A stretch of 64,000 nucleotides of DNA from NCBI GenBank assembly GCA_028023455.1, contig JAQFVV010000003.1, positions 8,990,001-9,054,000 on the forward strand. Direction: 5' to 3'. The position numbers and the translations under genes are program-made. Every line of letters starts with the position of its first letter. The first letter of the stretch is position 1. Of the stretch, positions 24,515 to 38,889 are shown in pieces. The notes under the pieces were generated by a model. That model ran no database searches. It saw only the letters and a program-made list of their open reading frames with translations, and was not told the DNA's origin. This DNA comes from Epiperipatus broadwayi. Lineage: Eukaryota; Animalia; Onychophora.

Positions 24515-26559
24515 TATCTGTGAGAATATTAGAATATATATATGAATATACTTACAGTCATAATCTATAACACATCAATAGTTTAAGAATAGATGATTAT
24601 ATTCTATTCTCAGAGAGGATGACTTACTTCCATTAATTGTGTATATACTATTTTCATATACAAGTATTACATCAATTATTAAAAACAAGATTTATTAAAA
24701 ATAGGATTCTGTCTCCATATTATATAACTATTTGTAAATTTAAAAATTATTAATAATGTAGTTTTGTTTGGCTTGTTTAAATCACTCCAAATTTTCTACA
24801 GTATTGGCAAATGGTGTTTCCAATCTATTGTTTTCTAACATATTAGAGTGCTATTTATTCACAATTTGAGTTAAAATGATTTACACTTATTGTTTAGCAC
24901 ATATACATTCAAGTATTACAATAATAGATAAATATATCACTCTTTATATAATCCATTGCAGGGTAAAGACCTCTCCAACAATCACTCATAGGAAATAGTA
25001 AAGAATAATTACTCACTAGGTCTACTAGTTTCCTACCCTTGTTTTTCTTTAGCTAAGAATAGCTAGATACTTATTTATCAATAAATGTTGTTTACTTGAG
25101 TTGTCTATAGGTAGATGTTTTTGGAAAAAAGAATTTTTTTAAAAAATTTATTTACTCCAGTCTACAATTCAAGAAAAAATTATTTGTGTGACTCTTTCCA
25201 AAAATGTTTGGGTATCTTTATAGTAAGATATTTCTGAAGATAGAAAGAGTTTAATAAGCTAGCACTTTTTTTAAATTGTTGACTAAATTAACGTCTTTCA
25301 ACCATTTCAAGTTTGGCTGATTAATATTTTAGTAACTTGCCAATACACACTTAATTAGAAAAATATATAATTTATTATAGAATTTTTTTAATTTTGCTTT
25401 AAGTAAACTATTGTGAATATTTTATAATACTATCTTGCAAATAAGAGTTATTTATTTATTCTCTAGCTGTAAAATAATTTTGACAGCGTAAATAAGAATG
25501 AGTTAATTTAAATAAATGTTTCAGAGGTTAAACATTTTTAAATGTTTAAAAGCTAATACTGTCAATTATAAAAAGTATAATTTAAAATTTTTTAAATGCT
25601 TATTTTGTTTTAGTTTAACTGTAAAACTGTTTTAAAAAGCTTATATTAATTTTTAAAGTTGAGAAACCAAGTTCAAACCCTATATTTTGGTTTGCTGGTC
25701 TAAAACTAAAGCTATAATATTTAATTAACATTGAATGTAAAACAGAATATTCTAGTTAAATATTTTAAAACTAATTTAATTATAAAAGAGTTTAATAAAG
25801 TCAGTAATTAAATTAGGGTTTTTAACAATTGAATAAATGTTAAATAAGTGAATGAATATAATATTCATTTAATATTATATGGTTTAAATAATTTTAATTT
25901 TAAAACCTATTCTGAGATTTACTTAGATTTGAAATTGTAATAAATAAATATTAAATATTGTATTAATACTTGATTGTTTAAAGATATAATAAATTTTTAA
26001 TTATGTAATATTATTTTTATACTGGTTATTCTGTAATTTTTATTAATTATTTTTATTCACCCAGGAAGGGTTTTTAATTAATTTGTCTAGAAAGAAAAAT
26101 TCATTTATTGCAGGGTTAAAATTTTAATTAAATAATTTTGATTGCCAACCTTCCTTGATGATAGGTAGGTCAAGAATTCAAACTAATCAGACGAGAGATT
26201 GTAAGTTCAAAGGTAAATAAACAATCTGGTAAAATGATCATATGACCAAGTATATAAATAAGGTGAGACAGACACCTGATATTAGTTGTCTACATGAGTT
26301 GTCTACACTAGTCTCTATTCATTTTCTCAAGGTTCTTAATCAATTGAATTTAAAACTCTACTAAATTTTAAAAAGTGTAATTTTTTTAAACTTTTTTTTT
26401 GTTATTAGTTAGTATATTAGGTTAAACTTATATTTTGACACAATTATCTGATCAGAAACATCAAAGGAATTGAAGTCTCTGTAACTGGCAATGTAATGGT
26501 AATATAATTCATTAATACAATATTTTAGAATATTTTTTTTTTTCAATTTTAAAAAAACT

Positions 26560-26890
26560 TCAAAAATTATTGTTATTGCTATTGCTTTGACTGAGAGAAC
26601 AATTGTCAATTTTTGAAATAAATTGAACATCTATGTTATAATCAAAATTGCCAAGAAATATATAATTCTGTTATTGGCAAGAACATTTCCAAAAATGCTA
26701 ATAATCTCATAGTAACTTCTTCATAATATTTGCAAGTCAATATTATTTGGAATTAATTTTCATGGAATAAAAACTAATTCAAGTAAGAACTGTAAATTGA
26801 TATTGACAATATTTTTAGATGTTCAATAATAATTAATTCTGCAAAAGAAAAAGAATTGACTAAAATGGATTATTTACTAACATAATTTAC
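26560..26890 (+). mobile_element. Possible hAT transposase C-terminal relic
   Basis: ..ALTERT.. and IDIDNIF..INSAKEK resemble the hAT dimerisation-domain end; followed by a G-rich subterminal-like run. Very degenerate. Confidence 0.25.
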
Positions 26891-29800
26891 TTGTCCTGCA
26901 TTATTTGTCGGGGGGTGGGGTGCTATTTACTATTATTTTAAAAAAAAGTTGTTTTTTAAAAAAATATTATAACAAATTTTGTTTGATTTCACCATTGAAA
27001 AAGGAAAGAAATAATTTCTCTTCAGGTGGAATGATAAAATTTAAATTACTACAAAGTATTTAATTGATAAAATATTTGAATTTAAAGATGTTAACTTCAT
27101 AATTTAAAATACCAAACTTTTTCTGCAATAATAATATCTCAATTAAGCAATATTATTAATAACTTAAGAGGAGGAGAGCTATTGATTTACTGTTATACAA
27201 ATACAATATTCTTGGTATTCATATGCCATTGAGGTTATATTTAAAATCTTTCTGTTACAACATCTACTACCACTACCATTTTTTTTATCAGCATAAAATC
27301 TCTTTAATGTTTCATTGCTATGATCAGATAATGCTTTATACTTAATTTTATAATATGTGGAAGTGTTATCTTAAATCTTTGCCACAAAGATTCATCTTTT
27401 GAAAATAATTTCTTCATCAGTAAAATAATTTTAAAATCATGTGGTTCATAAAATAAATAAGGGTATGTCAGGGAAATATGATTTTAAGCATCAATTAAAT
27501 TATCTTTGACACTTCAGATCTATTCCACATAGAATGATACACTGGTAACTAAATAAGACACACTTATCCCTAAGCTAATATTTTATCACAATCACAGGAA
27601 AATAAAACACAAAATGATCTTTTAATTTGGAATAAGTTAAATAATCCCAGAAGATATTCAGATATTAAGAATGGATAAGGAATTTTATAGCCATTCTAAA
27701 TACCATAGAATAAATCTATCTAAATATCTCCCAGATCCGACCTAAATGATCTCTTAATTTAAATTTATCATAGAATAATAAATGTAGTCTTTCATTTTTT
27801 TGAAAACAGTTTTAAAATAAATAAACAGGCACAGTGATCTTTCAACAAGAACACTAAATGGGCTGAAAAGATTTCAAATAATAATAATATGCAATCATAA
27901 CATTTTATTAATTGTAAAGGTTTAAAAAATTTTAAAACATTTATAATAAAACAGGTTTAAATTTGTAATAAAGAAAATTTATTTAAAGCTGAACATTTTC
28001 AATACTGAGTAATATCATAATCATAGCATTATGTAGCTAAACAAAGTTGGGATCTAAATTTAAAGTTGCTTTTGAATATTGAATAATAGATTATTATAAA
28101 ATTAAGTTTTTAGAAGTAGATTTACATACTAATGATAAAAATAGTTACATAAAAGTGCCATTTTTTTTAGAAAGAGGGATGCTGGAATCCTATTTATTGA
28201 TAGCATGATGATCTTTAGCTATTGACCATGTTTCTTTCTTGATATTATGGTGTGTTATAACATCAACAGTATGTCTATAGAGAATTTGTTGTCCTGCAAG
28301 CCAGATGAGATTAACAATTTGAATTACATGTCATCTGTCAAATAATTGTTTTTAATCCTTTGTGAATTTATGATAATTATTTTTTGATAAAAATTCTTGT
28401 TATAACATTTTAAAAAAAGAACCTCATTAACATGTCTGAAGCAGAATAAAATAAATGGCTCCATTTTTGTAACTTTCAAGAAGAATTGGGAGATAAAAAA
28501 AAAAGAAATATGTCTTTTGTGCATTCACAATGTAACAATTAAAAAATATAATAATTGATAGGCATTTTAAGAAGTTGTACAAAGTAATGCAGTCTCAAGC
28601 TTTTTATTAAGATGTACATGTTAAAAGATAATAGTTTATGTACATAATTATAATGCAATTTCATAATTAATTTTAATACATTGAGAACTTGTAATCGTCT
28701 ATTAAATGATATAAAAAGAAATTTTAGGAAAACTTTAAGAAATATTGTAATGAAAAAAAAATATTTTTTTATATATTTTGTTTTAATAAAAGTAAAATAG
28801 ATGATGAAGAGAGATCTAATGTGGGTAATATAAGAGTAAATAACAATTATACCCTAAAAAAATTAACACCAAAGAAATGAATTTGATTGACATTTATTTA
28901 AAAAATAATTGTATCCATTTAAATTCCTACAATGATATTTTAGCATATAAAAACATATGATAATAGAATAATAATATATGAAAAAATTTTTTTTATAGGT
29001 ATTTAAGAAATGTAAAACATATAAATAAATTTACAAAAAAAAAGAAAAGATGAATACGTTTTTTTTTTAGGAGTTTGTATTCAAAAACTAAATTTTGGAA
29101 TTATGATTTTATAAAAAAAAAAATATTGGAAAATTCAATTTTAATAGAGTAAATAATTATTGAAACAATATTTTTTTAATTAGTTTTTTAAATTAAAAAA
29201 AATTCTATGAGAATCAAACCAGAGGCCCAATACTGGATTCCAATATCTTTTCAAAAGTAAATACATTTTCTTTGTAAGTCGAATGTAGATAATTTTGACA
29301 TGTCATATCATATATTTTGAGGATATAATTCTTTTTCATTGTGAGAATGCTTTCAAAATAGTTGGCCACCCCTGTTTTAGATTGAAGTATTATCTGAAAA
29401 TTTGATTGGAATATTCTTTATATTTCCATCACTTCATTTATTTCTAGTATATTTTAATATAAGCTTTATTGACATATTACATTTAATTTTGAAGATTTGT
29501 ATACAGATAGTTTAAATATTTTTCTTTGAACATAAAAAGCTGTCAAGTTATTTATTTAAATAAATTCAGCATGTATAAAGGTAAATGAAACCCATATAGT
29601 AATAAAATACAACTAACTGATCATCTTATATCTAAAATGCATGATTCAGACTTGGATTTTTAAATACAGACAGTGTATCAAAACTGTAGTAATTGGTTGC
29701 TCTCTATTAATATAAGCTTTCCTTTTGATGAATTTGCTTTTAATAAAAGTGTTTTCTTTACACATGACAATTTTTTAAAGATATCTTTTTTAGAATACAC

Positions 29801-31416
29801 TCCTACCATGAAGAGCAGAAATTTTTTTTTATAAGTCTTGTTTTAATTATCACTACATTGTAATTACTACTAGTGCTATATCTGAGTGTAGTATGATTTA
29901 ATAGATTTTTAAAGTAAGTTATGATTTCAAAATTACTATTTTGTTTTTAGGCAGTTCCATTTCATACAGCTTGCTTTTTATAAAAACTGAAAATGTAATG
30001 ACTTTTTTTTAATAATCCTAATATAGTAACCAATTACAATTTCTGATTTTTCAACTAATTAGATATGAAGCAATTTTAAATTGATTCCTATGAGATTTAT
30101 AAAGAAGGGAAAAACATTTCCATAAAAAATCAATTATTTTTCTATAATAACTATTTTTACAAAATTATAGAAAACTTTTTAAATGATAAAAGTAACATAT
30201 TTATTTTAAAAAATTATAAAATTTTGGAGAATTATAAAACAAGTAAACTGAATTTTTGTGTAAATATCACACTTAACTCTATATTGCACCAACATAAAAT
30301 GATATCCATAGTTAAAGACCAAGAATTAGGCTATTGATCAAAAAATAAATTTAAAAATATTAGTTTTTTTAAAATTATCTATTATTTATCATAAAGTTTT
30401 AGTATTATAATAGATTTAATATAATGCATGCTTAATCATTATTTTCTTTTGAATATGTTTTTTTATATATAAAAAAAGTCATCAACTTGACAAGAATGCA
30501 TCCTATTAACTATGCATAATATATGGAATTAAAAATATAGAAAACATTAACAAACTATTACCAATGACATTCAAATGTTTTGTTTAATCATAATATTTAT
30601 TATTGATTAATTATTTGTTTTAGATTTGAGATTAACATACTTAAAAAGGTGAATTAATAAGGAAGCGTAAGAAATGACAAATTATTATTAAAAATGATTA
30701 CTATCATTCAGCCTCAGCATTCTGTTGCCCAGCACTTTAGATTCTGTCATATAGAAACATGCATATGTGTGTGTATGCATACACACTTGAAAGCTGATTA
30801 TATTTCTAGAAAATAGGATAAAAATAAATATAAGTAAAATTAAGTTATAATAAGTGACATTAATTTGAAGATGACATTTGGAAAGGAAATTTTTAAATAT
30901 CTTGGAAAAAATAATGGAAAAGAAAAAGAATCTTTTTATTTTTTTATTTAAAAAAAAAACCCTGTTTTTGGAGCACAGAAATGGTGAAGAATTGCTTTCT
31001 TAGATGCTTTGTTTGGAAAGATGTGTAGAATCAAGAGAAGTGATTACCGGAATATGAGATTGAAGAAAAATAAAAATGTTACATGTGATAAAGTTAATAA
31101 TATTGTAATAAAAAAATATAGTTATTAAAGAAATAAAACATAACAAAAGAAGAATTGTACTGAGTGTGCTTATAGAAGGCATAAGTAATTGAATAAATTT
31201 GCAAAAACACTGCTTGCACACTCACATACATGTGTGTATGGATTAAATATTTTCCTGAATTTTATTCAACAGCATATTCCAATGACATTCAGTCTTTGTG
31301 AGATGTGAGTTACTTTTGTGATTTTAATACTTAATACTTTCAACAATAATTGATTTCCTAGCAATATCATAGCTAAACATATCTCTAGTTATTATATGGA
31401 AATAGCCTACACTTTG

Positions 31417-31419
<3 letters not shown>

Positions 31420-31472
<53 letters not shown>
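31420..31472. repeat. (AC)n(AT)n microsatellite
   Basis: Read directly. Confidence 0.95.
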
Positions 31473-31473
<1 letters not shown>

Positions 31474-32067
31474 GAATGTTCTTATGTATAACATATATTA
31501 TTGGATATAAACTCCATGGGTAAGGTTTAGACTAACCAAATGCATGGTGTACTTGTGATCATGTAAGCTGTTTTTTAATTTAGGTTTTTTTATTTTATAA
31601 AACTGATTGTTTTATTTGATTGCCAATATGTACATTATGGAAGAATTTTTGGTCAGGTCCCTGTGACATAGCCATATAATAGAGTAGACCAATGCATTTC
31701 TCAGACATTTAATATAATTTAAAATCATATAATGAAATTTGCTATCAAGTAATTGGTAGGCAATTTTCCAACATTATATTTAATTTTCAGTTTTGCTCAA
31801 TTAACTAAATGATGTCAATAACCTTTTCAGAACAACTATGGACATTTTTAGTAAGTATAGAAGTACTGAAAAGTGCATTGACAGTGTTTGGTTAATTGTC
31901 AAGATTGAAAATCATATGTATATTTAATAACATGATAACAAACTGATATCTAAATCACAAATCTTCAATCTACTGCAAAGTAATTTGCATAAGGAAAATT
32001 TATATTCCATCTTTTCTCTGATCTAAGATTTTAATATAGACAAAGAGTTGGCACAGAGTATTATTCC

Positions 32068-32832
32068 TAAAAATTTAAATAAACTCCATTAAACAATCAA
32101 ATATAGCCTGTTTTGAAAGCAGATTAATAAATAGTCATTTTTAAAACTTTCAAATCCTACTGCTATTAATTGATATTTAGATAATAAACTAGATATTACA
32201 TAATAACAGTGGGATTGAAAGTTTTAAAAATGTATTTATTAGTCTGATTTCAAAACATTATATTTGCCTGTTTAATTATTTTAAGTAAAAAAAAAATCAA
32301 GTCAGATATCACATGACCTAATTTAATAAGCTTGTATTTACAAATGTTATATATAGAGCTCACAAAATAAGCTCTTAACAAGCTTTGCAGAACATCCCCA
32401 ACTCCAGATTGGTTTCTGCTACTGGCATCCTCAGTGAGGTGCTAGCATATTCAAGTATTAGGTTAAAAATACCAGGACAAGCCCAGCACTTTATCTAATG
32501 TATAATTATTAAATAGAAAATCTGAAATTTTCAGACATCCATATGTCTTCCAATCTACCTGTCTAACTTAAATAGCCATGTGGCAGTAAACTAAATTCAG
32601 ATGCATATATATTAATAGCTTTAACAGTATAAAATCTCCAAAGCCTTAATAGCAAAAAAAAAAAAATCAAAAAAAAATCAAGTCATATGTCATATGAACT
32701 AATTTAATAAGCTTGTATTTAAGTAATAATTGATAGCAGTAGAATTCGGAAGTTTTTGAAGTGATTAATTATTAATCTGCTTTCAAAACATGTTATATTT
32801 GCCTGTTTAATGGGGTTTATGTAGTTTTCTAA
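32068..32832. repeat. Cluster of diverged inverted and direct repeats (F-R-D...D-R)
   Basis: ~32068-32175 is inverted relative to ~32203-32276 and ~32727-32832; aaaaaaatcaagtca..taatttaataagcttgtattta is direct at ~32287 and ~32669. Confidence 0.75.
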
Positions 32833-35051
32833 AAATATTAAGATCTTACTCCAATAAAGTTCTTTACCAGATCTGTTTGTTATATTAAGATCTTATACCA
32901 GAGTGAAAGATGGAATCAATTTTTTTCTCATAGAATTTACCTTGGCAATAGATTGATAATTCAAGGTTCAGATAAGCTTGGACTGTTATATTGTTATTAT
33001 ATGATTACATTTATAAAATCATTTAACTTTGTGCAAAATGAGGTTTAGAATATATATATATATATTGAAGCACTCAAATCTGTTGCACACATTTGGCTTC
33101 ACTTTCTGGTGATATTTGAAACCCTCAAACATGGGTTCGAACTCAGTCATTTAATAAAAAATCACTAGGGAGTGAGGATATACAGATGCATGTGATTGTA
33201 TATTTTTTTGTTAAGCTTTATTCTCGTTTAATATTAATTTAAATATAAAACATAAATTTCTATCACGGTAAACAATCATGTGTATGTGTGTGTGTAACAG
33301 ATAAACATAATAATTCTATTAAAAGCGTTTATATTACGTATATATTTTTATTCATGTATTTTTATTTGAGAGGAAGTTCGAGAGAGTCACACAAATTTAG
33401 CAAACAAAAGACGTGCCTTATTTTAATTTCAGAAAAGATTTGTTTATTTTAATATATGTTTATTTTAAAATTTCACGTTCATTAAAATTTATCCTGCGGG
33501 TCTATTTTCAGCTCAAAATAGACCAAGACCAGCTCTCTCGAATTTGATCTCGTGCATACTTTAAAATTAGCTGTGTCATTGTTGACCATTAGTGGACATC
33601 TGGGGATTACCAAAGGCAGCCAAAATTAGTATAAATACCACCACATTTTCTAACTAAAAAGCTCTGCATCTTATTTCTAAGTGTTGTTGAATTTTAAAAT
33701 GGTTCATGAGTAGAAAGAAAATTTGCTTCCCCGATCTCTCCAAGATCAGACCTGTGCCAATGTATTCATAAGCCATTGTCTCATATATGCTGCCAAAATG
33801 AACTATAAAATACACCAGGAAAGGACATTAACCACAATTTTAACAAAATAATGCCAAATCAACTATATTTCTTCAAAAAGGAAACCCACATGTGTATATG
33901 GCCATCAAATTGTCTAATATAAAGATAATTCCCTGCCGCAAAATGAACTCTAAAAACTTTCATCTAAATAATTTTATTAATTGTAAACTGTAACATTCAA
34001 TCTTTAGCTATGTAAATTTATATCTTTGTAATATTTCCATTTTTGTAGTCTTGATTTTCTTTAAAATGTAACTGCTTATTTTTTCATCTTTAATGCCAAA
34101 CTGATTAATTGCTTAAACAATGACTTTTCTTTTTGCTCTAATATATAAATTTTATTTTATTTTTCTAAACTCGATTGCTGGGTTTTCACTCTTACTGTAT
34201 TATTATTTTTAAATGCGGCAATTTTAATTTGATGTTATATAAATCATACCCATTTTAATATGCTAATAATTCAATCTGGTGAATAATCCTTATATTATTT
34301 TACTATTCCGCCATTGAGGAATTTTAAATCGTAAACGTAAGCTTTCTTACTAAACTAAAAATTCACCCGGTTGAAAAATATTCATAAACTATTTGTATAA
34401 ATTTATATTATGCTATCCGTTATCATTTCAAATAAACTATTAACTATTATTTCACACTATTGATTAATATTAAGTAAATTTAGTATTAGCTTTACGTTGG
34501 AAGTGTGAAAATATGATTTATTATTATATTGGACAAAGGTAAAGTATAAATATATAGGTTATTACTTATTAAATAAATTGAAATTCAGATCCTTATTTTT
34601 AGTTGATGATTCAATATATAATTAGCCTGCCATCTAACGATAATTTAAGTAACTAATTTCTCGAACGTATTGATATGCGTTTAATGAAGGGAATCTTAAT
34701 CTTTCATATTTTGTTATTGATATGCTAAATAATCTTTTAGGCAAATTATATGCCCTTTTTGGGATTGCTTATGTATTATCATTTCATTACGCAAGGCTTA
34801 CTTACTCTTTAAGGCCATACAACTCAGTGTTAATACAGACCTGAAAGCCTTCGCGATGCGTCCCGATGAAAGTGTTCATCAATAAAATGTTGCTTTGTCA
34901 TACTTTCTCTCATTACAAGAATCCTTAAAGCACATTTCTCAGCAGAGTGTGAAGGCCCCAACTCCAAAGGTTGTGTTTGGTCGCGTAGGCTCTATTATGG
35001 GTTAACATTTGGAAAAATGAAACCATAGTATCTTGCCGACCCCTTCTACAG

Positions 35052-35183
35052 ATGCCATCTGTCACAAGAGCAGATGAGCTTATATATTTTCGTTCTCAAG
35101 TTGTTGAAGCTTCTCATCCTTCCAAGCGTTATCATTCGGTCCGCATGCTATCGTTTATAATTCCTCTTATATTTTATTCGTCT
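35052..35183 (+). CDS. Candidate exon (open in phase 0; ATG at 35145 begins the hydrophobic MLSFIIPLIFYSS)
   Basis: Pyrimidine-rich acceptor ccccttctacag, consensus donor GTAAGT at 35184, 132 bp, inside the CpG-rich core. Confidence 0.35.
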
Positions 35184-35513
35184 GTAAGTCGTAATGATAT
35201 AATTTCCTAAGCCACCCCAAGTTTTCATATTATAATATAAATTTAGTTTGCCATATCACGTGTTATAGCTTATTAACGCTATCCACCCTCTCGTTAAACC
35301 ACTTTAAATATGTTGAAAATTAATTCCTAATAAAGCCTATGAAAGTCAAGCATGTGACTAACTGTCCAGATAATTATGCTTTTCCTTATTCTATACATAA
35401 ATTCATAGATGATGAATCCGTTTATAGTTTCCAAGATAATTAACCTGTCGTTAATATAATTATGATGAAATTTATGTATAATTAAAATTCATTAGATTAT
35501 TTGTTATTCAAAC

Positions 35514-35695
35514 TATCATAATGTATATAATAAAAGCCCACGTATAGTTATTAAAATCCGTTATATTCTTTGTAACTTAAAATATCATAATGTTCATAAT
35601 AAAAGCCCATATATGGTTATTGAAATCCGTTACATTCTTAGTGATTTAAAATATCATAGCGTGAATAATAGAAGCCCTGTAAAGTTATTTTAAAT
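35514..35695. repeat. Diverged 69-bp tandem repeat, ~2.6 copies
   Basis: Units begin tatcata at 35514, 35583 and 35652, each with aata..a(a/g)aagccc. Confidence 0.85.
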
Positions 35696-36029
35696 TAGCA
35701 TATTAAGCCACATTGTTCCGATTAATTATTTTCTTACTAATATGTATATTTGGTTATTGCATATCTATCTATCCTTAAATTATGTTGCTAAGGTTAGCAT
35801 GGAATGTCCACGTCAACATTATGTGATACCCAGATAGAGTAGTTATTATATGTAATCATAGTTATGATGTGTTTAAATCTCTATATCCATTTGCTCATAT
35901 ACTCATTTAATTGCATTATTAATGTTATTTTCAATAAATTTATATTTAATAACTTATTCTTTGGATATTTTATTAATTCATGCATGCACATCTGTTATTA
36001 TATTGCATCATCCTTTAATTAACCATTAG

Positions 36030-36191
36030 ATCTCTTGTGTCTCTGCTGACCCTCTGCACTGGGGATTGTTAAAATGTCATTTGCTATCGTCAGAAGTGTT
36101 GTTTGTAATGTTATAGACTTGGGAAATGGGCAATAGAGCGGAGTTCATGAGTATTCCTGACCTGTGTATCTCGCATATGATTGAACTCTAG
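36030..36191 (+). other. Candidate spliced exon (all frames stop; phase 0 gives ISCVSADPLHWGLLKCHLLSSEVLFVML*)
   Basis: Acceptor tcctttaattaaccattag, donor GTACTT at 36192, locally GC-richer than flanks. Confidence 0.22.
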
Positions 36192-36245
36192 GTACTTTTG
36201 CTTAGATGCTAATTCTTGTTAGACGAACATACAATTCTGGCTGGT

Positions 36246-36288
<43 letters not shown>

Positions 36289-36599
36289 TAAGAAATGGAA
36301 GAAATTGTTTTATCATAGTACAATTTTTTATTAACATTTTTATTAGTTACTCTATTAAATTGAGAGATAGTAAAGATTATTTCAATTTTTTTAAAAGTCA
36401 GAGGAAAGGAAATTAATTTAATTATTAAATACTATATGTTAATTATCATATTATTAAAATGTTTTATATCTATATTTTAGTTATACAATTGTCACAAAGT
36501 TGTTACATGAAAAATATCAGTCAAAAAAAAAAAACACTGTAGAAGATATGTTAGGGAAATTCATGGAAAGAAAGGAAGGAGTGACAAGAAAAGTTGATT

Positions 36600-36750
36600 A
36601 ATGATTCTAAGAAAGAAGATATATAAAAACTAGAGCCAGAACTAAAAAGATCTGGATATGGTATGGATAGAGGATCTATATAAAAATTTAAAACTACAGT
36701 TGGAAGAAGATCAGGAGATAGCATAGGATAAAAGATGGAATCATCACATC
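36600..36750 (+). mobile_element. Possible RTE-clade LINE C-terminal relic
   Basis: ..EEDQEIA*DKRW.. resembles the RTE A.DR..W terminus. Confidence 0.25.
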
Positions 36751-38889
36751 AATAGAGAAGTTATGATGAAACTTGGTGAAGTAGTTCAATGGCTAGTATT
36801 CATATTTGGTACAAATAATAGTATTATGGATTTAAAAATGTCAATAAAATTCAATAATTTATTTCAACTTTCATTAGATAGTGGTGACCTTCTCTTCAAC
36901 TCCATCAATTATAAAGCAAATGTTGAATAAAATTAATGATTTTCTTGACTAAAAGTACATGGATTGTCTGAAAAAAGTTGGATGAGAACTATTGTGGTGA
37001 TCAGCCTCTCATTTTAATGCTCAAAGGTCACATAACATCTTGGAAAATAGACTACAAGTTTCTTATTAATGATGTACAAGTAGTAAGATAACCAGAGTCC
37101 TACTATTAATTTCTAAAATTCTGGCTACAGTTTGATATAATGTTTATTGAATTTATTCAGTAAAACCCAGCAATATTTTATCTTTATGATGTCTGAGTTA
37201 TTATTATGCTATCATCACACATTATGGCCTGACTACAGAAATTTAATATTTATGTCTTACAGATGACATTAAGTATGCCGAGACATTATTAATTAAGATA
37301 TATACTTTTTAAAGAATTTATTTATACTTTTAAGGAACAACAACTAAAAATAACAGCACAATCGTTCAATAGATTCTGATTGTGTGGTAGAAAGCCAGTA
37401 TTTTATAAAAATAAAAAGAGATATTACATTGTTATTCTGGTTAATTATAACAGGAATATGCATCACTTTTAAAATTAAAACCAGAATTGATTATGAGGCT
37501 ACATTTCTATTTAGATTTATTCAGCGTAATAGAATAGTAATTGTTTTCAAACAGGAAGGTTTTTTAACTTATAAAACAATACATCTTTTTGACTGACAAA
37601 AAGGAAAATAAAAGTTTGGTTTAAGGGAAGATCCCTGGAGTGGTATCTCAAAGACAAAAGTTTCTGGTTCGATTCTCTGAACCAAATAAAATAATAATAA
37701 TAATTCCACCAGTTCAATAGAATTAGGCCCAATTTTCTGCTTGTATGCTTAAACATCACACGACCTCCTACTTAACTGATTGTACATTTATTTTTAACAA
37801 CATATAAACTTCAGTAATCACACTAGTAAATGAGAGATTATAAAAAAGACGAAACTTTATTATGCGTAATATCATTACATTATTTAGCTATAACAATTAT
37901 ATCTAAAATTTAAAGGAAGTGAGGAAATAAATTTTTAGATTATCATATTTTTAAATTAGAAAACTGTGTTAATATCTTCAGTTGAATTTTAAACAATTTC
38001 TGATTGCTTTTTGAAGGTGGATTTACTAGACATCTGTGCGTGTGAAATCTCTTCTCTATTCCGAAGCTTAACTAAAGCTCATTCAGATGGCGAAAAAAAA
38101 TTTTTTTTTTGTATAACATCATTTCCCATAAAACACATCTCTGATAATCTTAGAATTGAATTACAAATCTAAAAGGTTTTAAAATTACAATAATAAAAAG
38201 GATGTCTGCAAAATTGTGTTAATTGCATATAAAATTTAATAATTTAATTATTATTATTATTTTGAAATAAATTTGAGAAAAAAAAAAAAAGAAAAATAGT
38301 TGAAATGGTTTTTATCAACCCTCAGTTTAATTTGAAGTAGGGGGTAAGTAATAAAAAGTTAATGAAAAATTTTTCTGTGATAAATCATCAAAATTCCTCA
38401 TCTTTTTTCTATTTGAAAAATGTAGTATTGATTTTTTTTAAAAACTTCTCTCTCTCTCTCTCGTAATATATGGATATGTACATGTACTATATCCATTTTT
38501 TCATCGATTTCTTCATACATTCTTGATTGCATTTATCTTAAAAGAGTCTCATTACCATCTTTTTATTAGATAGTTATTTTAAAATTAAAATTAACTATTG
38601 CAGCATTTATTTATTTATTATTATTATTATTGTTTTGTAAATCATTTAAAACAAAAAAAAAAATGCATACAAATAAATATAAAAAGTAAAATAAAATAGA
38701 ATACAAATCTAAAAGAAATATTTATTTCTTAACTTAATATCCACTGAAATTTATTCCCATTTATGAATATATGGATAAAATTAACACACAACACTGTAAA
38801 CTGAAAGCGCTTATTAATATCCTTTGCAAGAAGTTCTTTTTTCTGCTGTGAATACACCGACATATTGTTCTTCAGTAGTACACATTTTA

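Larger units (their letters stand above)
33170..35830. promoter_or_regulatory. Extended CpG-retaining domain, densest at 34850-35290; putative promoter or 5' gene region
   Basis: About 17 CpGs in 440 bp at the core; no recognisable transposon protein motifs. Confidence 0.45.

Noticed and set aside
36031-36150. Cys-rich frame CTGDC*NVICYRQKCCL*CYRLG, toxin-like at a glance
   Set aside because: Two in-frame TAA stops and no compatible splice phase with the candidate first exon.
36141-36188. gagttca..tgaactc stem with ATGA/TGAT, SECIS- or miRNA-like
   Set aside because: No convincing upper helix or apical AA, no selenoprotein ORF, and no recognised miRNA sequence.
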